This document shows positions 56,624 through 64,000 of a DNA stretch of 64,000 nt, in pieces. The position numbers and the translations under genes are program-made. A model generated the notes under the pieces. That model did no database searches and was not told the origin of the DNA. It worked only from the letters and a program-made list of their open reading frames with translations. The stretch lies in contig OZ244197.1 in the NCBI GenBank assembly GCA_965216785.1, forward strand, positions 2,688,001 to 2,752,000, in the 5' to 3' direction. Origin of the DNA: Thermodesulfobacteriota bacterium. GTDB lineage: Bacteria; Desulfobacterota_D; UBA1144; Nemesobacterales; UBA2774. Positions within the stretch are counted from its first letter, which is position 1, and each line of letters starts with the position of its first letter.

Positions 56624-57229
56624 ATGAACCGTACAGGTCTTCCAGAGCCAATCTCAAAGCTTATAAACGAGCTGTCAAAACTTCCTGGCATTGGCGAGAA
56701 GAACGCAACCAGACTTGCTTTTCATATATTCAGAACGCAAAATTCTTATGCTGAAAACCTAGCCCGCGCTATAGTCGATACGAAGACCAAGGTAATTGTG
56801 TGCGGCACCTGCTTTAATTTCGCGTCAGAATCACCATGCAGAGTCTGTAAGGACACGCAAAGAGACCCGGATTCTATATGTGTAGTGGAAGAACCCTTGG
56901 ACCAGCTCGCGATAGAAAGGAGCAGGGAGTTCAAAGGCCGCTACCATGTGCTTAATGGCGTCATCTCACCAATAGAGGGAGTCGGCCCGGAGGACCTTAG
57001 GATTAAAGAACTCTTAGCAAGGGTTGAGCGGGAAGGCGTGAAAGAGGTGATAATAGCAACGAACCCGAGTGTCGAGGGTGAGGCTACGGCTCTTTATCTG
57101 GCAAAGCTTATTAAGCCTTTAGGGGTAGAGGTAAGCAGGATTGCTCACGGCGTGCCCATGGGAGGCGACATAGAATACATTGACGAAATAACATTAAGTA
57201 AAGCTATAAGGGATAGAAAGCATATATAA
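56624..57229 (+). CDS. recR: Recombination mediator RecR
   Basis: LPGIGEK.A.RLA, C4 zinc finger and ATNPSVEGEATA toprim. Start ATG 56624. Confidence 0.96.
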   Translation: MNRTGLPEPISKLINELSKLPGIGEKNATRLAFHIFRTQNSYAENLARAIVDTKTKVIVCGTCFNFASESPCRVCKDTQRDPDSICVVEEPLDQLAIERSREFKGRYHVLNGVISPIEGVGPEDLRIKELLARVEREGVKEVIIATNPSVEGEATALYLAKLIKPLGVEVSRIAHGVPMGGDIEYIDEITLSKAIRDRKHI

Positions 57230-57262
57230 GATAGATACAAGAAAAGCGTACCGGAGGACAAT

Positions 57263-57709
57263 ATGCCTAGAATCGGAAGAGCTTTTAATGAACTCAGCGT
57301 AGGAGATAAATTCTCCGAGAGTATGACAATTACAGAAGCGCACGTCGTAAAGTCGGCGGGACTTTTTAACGACTACAACGCACTGCATACAAACGAGCGT
57401 GACATGCAGAATTCCAGATTCAAGAAAAGGATAGTGCACGGCGCTCTTACGTTTAGCCTCATGGTCGGAGTGTACAGCAAGGTATTCCATGACACAGACA
57501 TATCGACAGTCGAGGCATCAATAGAGTTCACGGCGCCTATATTTATCAATGACACAGTCACTATGGAGTGGGAAGTCACGGAGCTAGACGAGAAGAAAAA
57601 GCTAAACGGCGGACTGGTAGCGCTAAAGGGTGAGGTGAGAAACTCGGAAGGCACTGTAGCAGCTACACTTGGGGCCAAGATACTTGTAGGGAACGAAACA
57701 ATCTTTTAG
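57263..57709 (+). CDS. MaoC-family dehydratase (hotdog fold)
   Basis: D.N.LH, RIVHG and F.APIFI.DT motifs. Confidence 0.88.
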   Translation: MPRIGRAFNELSVGDKFSESMTITEAHVVKSAGLFNDYNALHTNERDMQNSRFKKRIVHGALTFSLMVGVYSKVFHDTDISTVEASIEFTAPIFINDTVTMEWEVTELDEKKKLNGGLVALKGEVRNSEGTVAATLGAKILVGNETIF

Positions 57710-57729
57710 AGTCTTGTCCCAATAATGAG

Positions 57730-58761
57730 ATGAGCAACCGTAGACTATCCAAATCCCTTCTTCTCAAAACCGTTCTATCTATTGGGGCAATAGCTATTAC
57801 TTTTATTGTCATTGAGTTTGCGGGACGCTATCTATATTCCAAAGAAACAACTAAATCCACAACACTCGAGCTTATTGAGAGCACAAACAAACCGGGCGGG
57901 AACAGGTTAAGAATCAAGGCATGGAATGAAAGCTTTAAGGAAAGGGGAATCGACGTGCCTAAATCAGGCCCTAGAGACGGCAAAAACGGGAACAGGATAA
58001 CCCCGAACAGATGCATGGTAACAGAGTGTTCACACATACAAAACATACCGGGGATAATTGAAATAGACGAGTCAGGTTTTCAAAACACTGGAAAGAAAGA
58101 GGACGCCTCTCCTGATATTCTCATAATTGGGGGGAGCGTAGCCTGGGGCGCTGCCGCCTCAGACATAGAAAACACCTATTACACTAAGCTCTATAATTTA
58201 CTAAAAACACAGTACCCAAACACCGGAATTTCGGTGCTCGCGGGCGCGGGTTCAACGAGCGGCAAAGATTTATTCGCATTCGTTAATAAAGTACTCCATC
58301 ACAAGCCGGATATCGTAATATTTCTAAACGGTTTAAACGATATAACAGTAAATGAGCCCACCATAAAAAGAGCCGGAGATTATTTGCTTACAATGAAGAC
58401 CGCGGCTAAGATCGCGGAGCAAAACGGTATAGAGATGGTTGTTGTGAGGCAGCCCTACCCAGGCAACAAAAAGATTAAAACCGAGCTAGAGAAAATAATT
58501 TTGGAACTCAGTCACGAGGATTTTGAGAAAACCATGAACCCGCTCTACAATTATATCGGTGCGGGTCTGCAAAAGATTTCAGAGCAGGAGGAAATTTATT
58601 ACATCGACGCCGGAGGGTGCTTTGACGATGAATCCGCTACAACTTTTTCTGACCTGTGGCATTTTTCCGACCCCGGTCAGGAGCTTTTAGCCGGGTGTAT
58701 ATATGAGGGGCTTTTGCCTGTGCTTGAAGATTTTTATCCGGAATCTCAAAGTAAGCACTAA
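57730..58761 (+). CDS. Membrane-anchored SGNH/GDSL hydrolase
   Basis: N-terminal TM, GGSVAWG, G.ND and DLWH blocks. Confidence 0.8.
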   Translation: MSNRRLSKSLLLKTVLSIGAIAITFIVIEFAGRYLYSKETTKSTTLELIESTNKPGGNRLRIKAWNESFKERGIDVPKSGPRDGKNGNRITPNRCMVTECSHIQNIPGIIEIDESGFQNTGKKEDASPDILIIGGSVAWGAAASDIENTYYTKLYNLLKTQYPNTGISVLAGAGSTSGKDLFAFVNKVLHHKPDIVIFLNGLNDITVNEPTIKRAGDYLLTMKTAAKIAEQNGIEMVVVRQPYPGNKKIKTELEKIILELSHEDFEKTMNPLYNYIGAGLQKISEQEEIYYIDAGGCFDDESATTFSDLWHFSDPGQELLAGCIYEGLLPVLEDFYPESQSKH

Positions 58762-58910
58762 TTCTCTCACCCCAATCCTACAGATACTCCTGCACGCTTC
58801 GCGCACGCTTAGAGTGAGCGGGTTTTTATAACCTCCTTCCTCGATCCTTCCCCCTTTATATGGGGAAGAAATAATATGGATTCCTGATAAAGACATTCGG
58901 AAATGTAAAA

Positions 58911-58954
58911 TTATTCACCCCCACCTTTAATCCTCCCCCATCAAGGGGGAGGAA
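58911..58954. repeat. REP-like palindromic element, copy A
   Basis: TATTCACCCCCACCTTTAATCCTCCCCCATCAAGGGGGAGGAA; near-copy at 62139-62181. Confidence 0.75.
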
Positions 58955-58971
58955 ATGAAAAAAGGCAAAAG

Positions 58972-59014
58972 AAAACCCGTTCGTACTTTGATTTATTGAG
59001 CACGAACGGGTTTT
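58972..59014. terminator. Bidirectional hairpin/terminator between convergent genes
   Basis: AAAACCCGTTCGT-loop-ACGAACGGGTTTT. Confidence 0.7.
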
Positions 59015-59037
59015 GTTTGTTGTTTATTAAAGAGTAC

Positions 59038-59964
59038 TTAAGCTTCGTAAGATTCGCCGCGGCGTCTAAGAACAAATAAAGCTGCTGCGAGAAAAGCTAC
59101 AGCAACAAGGATGAGCCCGTACTGTGAGAGCGTAGGGATATTGGAAATTTTGGGATTTCTTACCGCTAACGCATCTAACCCGTCAACTGTTACACCTATC
59201 AGATCAACTTGTCCGCTGTCAACGTCAATTGTCACGAGATAATAAGTGTATTCCAGCTCTTCATTATCCAGTACTCCATAAAAGATATTGTTAACCGTAT
59301 CTTTATCCATCGAAAGAATTAATGGGAAATCGTTCGCAGGAGGCGGTACAATGAGATTAGTTTTAAATGTAGCACCACCGTTTGTTTGATTTAACACATT
59401 TAGAGTAGGAAGGAGTTCAGTATTGGCGTTATAAAGCTCATCATTAATTGCTATACCGTTTCCGTCACCAATAAGTCCTGTAGGGCCAAGGTTTTGAATC
59501 AAACCGGTTTCGGGATTTAAAATAGCGAGAAAGTCATCTTCCTTTAAATCCACATAAGCGAATAAAGTTCCGTCTTCCCTAAACGAAATATCAACTATAA
59601 TCCCAAAGTCGCCGTCCTCAAATTGGAGCTCGGTAATTTCAGTGCCGTGCCCCGTAAAGGGATCAATGTCTAAAAGCACTTGATTATGGCTCATACCAAA
59701 ACATACAGCATACAACTTGTTTTTTAGCGGATGAAAATCAAGTCCTGTGCAATCGTGAGAACCTACCGGTCCTACAGGAGTAGCGAATCCTGTTTTATAG
59801 TCAATCTTATACAGCGTGCTTCCTGAAACACCGTTACGAGTTTCAGTAATTGACCTATCCATTCCTTCCGAGCCGTTTGAAATTCCGAAGATTTCAACTT
59901 CGGCAGCGTTCGTAATGCCGGCCTGGATGAGAAATATGCAAAAAACTATAAATAGTTTCTTCAT
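59038..59964 (-). CDS. IPTL-CTERM surface protein with beta-propeller-like repeats
   Basis: Signal peptide, repeated L..ID..TG....G and C-terminal NIPTLSQYGL + TM + RRR. Confidence 0.85.
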   Translation of the reverse strand: MKKLFIVFCIFLIQAGITNAAEVEIFGISNGSEGMDRSITETRNGVSGSTLYKIDYKTGFATPVGPVGSHDCTGLDFHPLKNKLYAVCFGMSHNQVLLDIDPFTGHGTEITELQFEDGDFGIIVDISFREDGTLFAYVDLKEDDFLAILNPETGLIQNLGPTGLIGDGNGIAINDELYNANTELLPTLNVLNQTNGGATFKTNLIVPPPANDFPLILSMDKDTVNNIFYGVLDNEELEYTYYLVTIDVDSGQVDLIGVTVDGLDALAVRNPKISNIPTLSQYGLILVAVAFLAAALFVLRRRGESYEA

Positions 59965-60036
59965 CTCAACATGCTCCTTTGATAAAAATTATATTTGATA
60001 TGACCAACGATAGTAGCTTATATAGATTTACGAGTC

Positions 60037-60067
60037 AAAAAAGGGCAAGCCGAAAACGGCCTGCCCC
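60037..60067 (-). terminator. Intrinsic terminator between the two IPTL-CTERM genes
   Basis: Minus strand GGGCAGGCCG-TTTT-CGGCTTGCCC followed by T6. Confidence 0.75.
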
Positions 60068-60086
60068 CTACCCTATTTCATTTAAT

Positions 60087-61352
60087 TTAAGCATTTACTT
60101 TTCTTCTAAGATAGAATGCGCCTGAGAGCATGAGGATTCCTGCAAGTGCAATAAGGCCCCACTCTGAAAGTGTGGGGATGGGCCTTGGACCCATGCGGCC
60201 AAAAAGCGCGTAATCGATGCTATTCGTAAACATAGAAGCGAAAAATACTTCTGCGCCTCCGCCATTACCTCCGGTCATACCGTTACTTACCGCGATCGGG
60301 CCGTTAACAAACTGCATAAACGGGAATTGCGAGATTTGGAAGGTTTGATTTGTATCGAGACTAAACTGGAAGTGTCTGCCGGGAGTTATGACATTTACGA
60401 TTCCTTCAGGACCTTCCGCACAAGCAACACCGAAGAATGTGGTAAATAACGGAGCATCACCCAGAGTCACCACAAACGGAGGGAAGAAGCCCACCAGGTC
60501 TTCAACCAAAAGCTTAATGGTACCGGAATCTCTGTGGTAATAAGGAGCTACAATAAAGCCTTGAACAACCTTCGGAGGAAAACTTTCGGCCAGAGTTCGA
60601 CCCGGACTGTCCATATCAAGTACTTCAAATTGACCCCCTTGGAATAAAACAAGCTCGCCATCCTCGATCAGCCTAGTAGTATTTTGATCGTTCTCAACCG
60701 CCTTGCCCCCGTTGAAGCCTGTCATATAGAAAATTACAGGCTCACCGTTAATTATATTAAATGTCGGGCGTGTACCGCCATCCGACGGACATAGGACACC
60801 TTTAATTGCTTGAATCTGGTTCCAGGTAAGCCCATTGTCTTGGGACTGAAATACCATGTATGCATTCCCGTCCGCATTACACGCTCCTATAAAAACATCG
60901 CCGTTACTGACAGCAGTCTCACAGCTATCGTATTCAGCAGACTCTGCGACCTGCACCCTATTCCAGTCTGTCCCGTTTTGCGACTGCACCGCGATTAACG
61001 CAAAATTGTCGGTAAAGCACGAATGAGCAGTGCCGTTTGCAGAGTGAATGACGTGACCGAGACCAAAAGCCGGTGTATTTACCGGAATAGTAGAAGTTGA
61101 CTCGACTGAGCGGGTGCTGCGGTTAATGTTGTAAACCATGAGATTTGAAAGGTTGTTATCGTCAAGGACTATAAACGTATCAATGCCCGGGAACACAGCG
61201 CCTCCCGAAATCTCTAAAGGATCTACATCGGAGTTAATGATATTATCGAAAATCCACTGGCCGTTAAGCGGCTGGGCAGTGGCGTTATTCTGTAATAATA
61301 CCAAGCTGAATACTAATAGAATTAATGTTGAAGACGTGATTATTCTTATCAC
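60087..61352 (-). CDS. IPTL-CTERM surface protein with BNR/Asp-box repeats
   Basis: Signal peptide, SQNGTDW and SQDNGLTW Asp-boxes, C-terminal PIPTLSEWGL + TM + RRK. Confidence 0.85.
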   Translation of the reverse strand: MIRIITSSTLILLVFSLVLLQNNATAQPLNGQWIFDNIINSDVDPLEISGGAVFPGIDTFIVLDDNNLSNLMVYNINRSTRSVESTSTIPVNTPAFGLGHVIHSANGTAHSCFTDNFALIAVQSQNGTDWNRVQVAESAEYDSCETAVSNGDVFIGACNADGNAYMVFQSQDNGLTWNQIQAIKGVLCPSDGGTRPTFNIINGEPVIFYMTGFNGGKAVENDQNTTRLIEDGELVLFQGGQFEVLDMDSPGRTLAESFPPKVVQGFIVAPYYHRDSGTIKLLVEDLVGFFPPFVVTLGDAPLFTTFFGVACAEGPEGIVNVITPGRHFQFSLDTNQTFQISQFPFMQFVNGPIAVSNGMTGGNGGGAEVFFASMFTNSIDYALFGRMGPRPIPTLSEWGLIALAGILMLSGAFYLRRKVNA

Positions 61353-61538
61353 AGATACATCCTCCTCTAATTAAGATTATTTTATCTTAATATCCTCCCT
61401 TTTGTGTGGCAATTATACTATATATCCGAATAATTTTGCAAGATATTAAGAATATTTGCGCATTATAATTTTAAGCAGTGTTAACGTATACTATTGTCGG
61501 TGAAGAAAATTACTATATAAATTTTTCAGGAGGGCACA

Positions 61539-61922
61539 ATGCGGTTTTTACATACGATGATAAGGGTCGGGGACCTGGATAAATCTATAAAATTCTACAC
61601 AGAAGTATTGGGGCTTAAGTTTCACAGGCAGACGGAGTACCCGGAGGGTGAGTTTACACTCGCTTTTCTGGGTTATGGAGGGGACACGGAACCATTTCTT
61701 GAGCTCACACACAACTGGGGTACAGATTCCTATGATCTCGGCAACGCTTACGGGCATATGGCTTTTGGTGTGGAGGACATATACGGCGCGTGCAGTAAGA
61801 TTGAAGAGCTAGGTGGAAAGGTCGTAAGGCCGCCGGGGCCGATGAAGCACGGTACTACGGTGATTGCGTTTGTGGAGGATCCGGACTCCTACAAAGTTGA
61901 GTTGATAGAAAGAAAAGAGTGA
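61539..61922 (+). CDS. gloA: Lactoylglutathione lyase (glyoxalase I)
   Basis: [22 protein letters not shown] and [14 protein letters not shown] motifs. Confidence 0.96.
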   Translation: MRFLHTMIRVGDLDKSIKFYTEVLGLKFHRQTEYPEGEFTLAFLGYGGDTEPFLELTHNWGTDSYDLGNAYGHMAFGVEDIYGACSKIEELGGKVVRPPGPMKHGTTVIAFVEDPDSYKVELIERKE

Positions 61923-62138
61923 CGTTTAGATTTAAAAACAAATCCCTCTCAATCTCCTTTTTCAATGGGAGAAGTAACAAGAGATTCTTCGTATTAGAAT
62001 TTGATGAGACCGCGTACCATAAGCTTAACTTGCATATTCCCCTGTAGTTAAGGGTGGCCGATTGTGCACTCGCTTACAATCGTTGGCCCAGAATGACAGT
62101 GTTTCATCCTTCGAGAACCTCAGGATGAGTAAAGCTTA

Positions 62139-62181
62139 TATTCACCCCCATCCTAACCTTCCCCCATCTAGGGGGAAGGAA
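62139..62181. repeat. REP-like palindromic element, copy B
   Basis: TATTCACCCCCATCCTAACCTTCCCCCATCTAGGGGGAAGGAA between convergent gloA and rarA. Confidence 0.75.
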
Positions 62182-62194
62182 GTTTAAGGTCGAA

Positions 62195-63526
62195 CTATTC
62201 TTTTTTATCTCGGCGTTTTTTCCATTTTTTTTCGAGGAATTTCTTGATGTTGGACTCTCTTCCGATATCACGCGGCTCGTAGAAGATCTTTTCCTTGAGC
62301 TCATTTGGCAGAAAGTGCTGTTCCTTTGCATCCTCACTCTGATCATGAGAGTACTTGTAGTGCTTACCGTAGCCAAGGTCTTTCATAAGCTGGGTGGGCG
62401 CGTTTCTGAGATGCAGCGGAACCGGGACATCCGGCCTTGTCCGCACCTCGTCGATTGCGCTTCCTATAGCTTTGTAGGAGGCGTTGCTCTTGGGGCAGCC
62501 CGAAAGGAAAGTTGCCGCCTGGGCGAGGATGATGCTGGCCTCGGGCATTCCTACGTAGTCAACGGCCGTGAATGAGGCCGTTGCTAAAGTGAGGGCATAG
62601 GGTTCGGCGTTACCTATATCTTCAGAGGCTAGGACTATCAATCTCCTGGCAATAAATTTTGGGTCTTCACCAGCCTCGAGCATTCTCGCCAGATAATAAA
62701 GAGCCGCGTCGGGCTCACTTCCCCTGACGCTCTTGATGAATGCGGATATGGTGTTGTAGTGTTCCTCCCCTGCCCTGTCGTAGCGGTAATGGCGGGTTTG
62801 ATAGGCCTCTCTTATTGTGTCTCTAGATATGTCATAGGACTCGCGAGTCTCTGAGATATCAAAAGCGACCTCAAGGGCGTTCAGCATGGTGCGGGCGTCG
62901 CCCCCGCACTGTCTGATGAGCTCTTCCTGAGCCTCTTCGCTTAGCACAGCCTGCTTTATCACATCGTCCTGGCCAAGAGCTTTATCTAGAATTGCGAGCA
63001 GGTCTTTTTCAGTGAGTGACTCAAGCACATATACACCGCAGCGTGAGAGCAGCGGCGATATTACCTCAAAAGAAGGGTTTTCGGTAGTCGCTCCAATGAG
63101 TACGAGCGTGCCGTTCTCGACGCTCTTTAGGAGCGCCGCCTGCTGGGATTTATTGAAGCGGTGGATCTCATCTATAAACAAAACCGTACGCTTTCCCATG
63201 CGTAGCTCGTGCTCTGCTTCAGAGATTATTTCCCGGAGCTCTTTTACGCCTGAGGATATGGCGTTTATCTGTACGAACCTGGCGTCGATCTTTGTAGCCA
63301 AGAGTCTTGCGAGCGTGGTCTTGCCAGTTCCGGGAGGACCCCAGAAAATCATGGAGCGGATATGTCCGCCCTCGAGCATCCTGCGGATTATGCCCTCGGG
63401 GCCGAGTAGATGCTCCTGACCCTGAATCTCATCAAAGCTCCTGGGTCTCAGCCTTTCGGCCAGAGGTACCGCGTCCTCGGGCGGCTTGAATAATGACGGC
63501 TCTTGAGCCGGGTCTCTTGAAGACAT
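62195..63526 (-). CDS. rarA: Replication-associated recombination protein A (MgsA/RarA)
   Basis: PLAERLRP, WGPPGTGKTT, DEIHRFNK.QQ, ASEDIGNA and VPLHLRNAPT motifs. Start set at ATG 63526. Confidence 0.96.
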   Translation of the reverse strand: MSSRDPAQEPSLFKPPEDAVPLAERLRPRSFDEIQGQEHLLGPEGIIRRMLEGGHIRSMIFWGPPGTGKTTLARLLATKIDARFVQINAISSGVKELREIISEAEHELRMGKRTVLFIDEIHRFNKSQQAALLKSVENGTLVLIGATTENPSFEVISPLLSRCGVYVLESLTEKDLLAILDKALGQDDVIKQAVLSEEAQEELIRQCGGDARTMLNALEVAFDISETRESYDISRDTIREAYQTRHYRYDRAGEEHYNTISAFIKSVRGSEPDAALYYLARMLEAGEDPKFIARRLIVLASEDIGNAEPYALTLATASFTAVDYVGMPEASIILAQAATFLSGCPKSNASYKAIGSAIDEVRTRPDVPVPLHLRNAPTQLMKDLGYGKHYKYSHDQSEDAKEQHFLPNELKEKIFYEPRDIGRESNIKKFLEKKWKKRRDKKE

Positions 63527-63666
63527 AAAAAAAGAGTAGTGGGATATACAAAATAAATCAATACTTATCTCCAGTCGTTCATACTTGCAATAAAACCATA
63601 GCAGCACTAAGATTTAACAATAAAGACGGGGGAATGCTAAATTTCTATTCCTAACAAATAAGTAAA

Positions 63667-64000
63667 ATGAAAAAAAATCTGGATAAATTGAAAGAGCTCA
63701 GGCTGCTCATACGCTCGCACTACAGCGTGATATATGTGGACACACCAGAGGTAGAACGCACGCGCGGGCTCATCAGACTCCTGGCGGACAATCTGAGAAT
63801 ACCGTTTTTTTGCTGGTCCCGGACTAAGGGGCTTATACGTGAAGATATAAATTCCAAGGGACCTGTGTATGGCTCTCAGGAGTTAAAATCCGCGCTCGCT
63901 CATATTGAGGCCTCGAAGTTTCAAGCTCTGTATCATTTCGGAAATATCGAAGACTATTTAGAGGATAAGCTCATCGTGAGCATGATCAAGGATGCTGCGG
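63667..64000 (+). CDS. AAA-family ATPase (Ycf46-like N-terminus), runs off the window end
   Basis: Open frame MKKNLDKLKELRLLIRSHYSVIYVDTPEVER...WSRTKGL. The ATPase motifs would lie outside the window. Confidence 0.6.
   Translation, partial: MKKNLDKLKELRLLIRSHYSVIYVDTPEVERTRGLIRLLADNLRIPFFCWSRTKGLIREDINSKGPVYGSQELKSALAHIEASKFQALYHFGNIEDYLEDKLIVSMIKDAA

Overview
A 64 kb bacterial chromosomal segment. Three IPTL-CTERM proteins, a clade II nosZ, a fused ccoNO and deltaproteobacterial-style housekeeping genes suggest Ca. Dadabacteria or a related Desulfobacterota lineage; this placement is an inference. From left to right: (1) 1-7.8 kb is an accessory block of three co-oriented modules (membrane protein + DszB-like desulfinase + rhodanese; secreted RNase Z/AtsA-type metallo-hydrolase; PNPOx-like protein + MOSC-reductase fusion), each preceded by the same 22-bp sequence AAACTAGAGCCAATCACACTTA. 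(2) 7.9-16.8 kb is an ECF sigma locus with 2 sigma factors, 3 anti-sigma genes (one a truncated duplicate), fasciclin, msrB and a DUF4331-TPR-barrel operon. It has 4-5 matching TG(A/C)TCY-N16/17-CGTA promoters and two candidate sibling sRNAs. (3) 18-39 kb is a sigma54-wired respiratory island: a cbb3 oxidase operon (including an unlisted ccoQ with a probable ATC start), a clade II nos operon, an outer-membrane barrel and a GNAT/PAS-kinase/NtrC-family operon. (4) 39-64 kb is mostly housekeeping: apt, aroB, trmB, tRNA-Ser, SRP RNA, dnaX (with an A9 slippage site), ybaB, recR, gloA and rarA, plus an esterase-GH18-like fusion and REP-like palindromes. All calls come from reading motifs by eye; no database searches were run.
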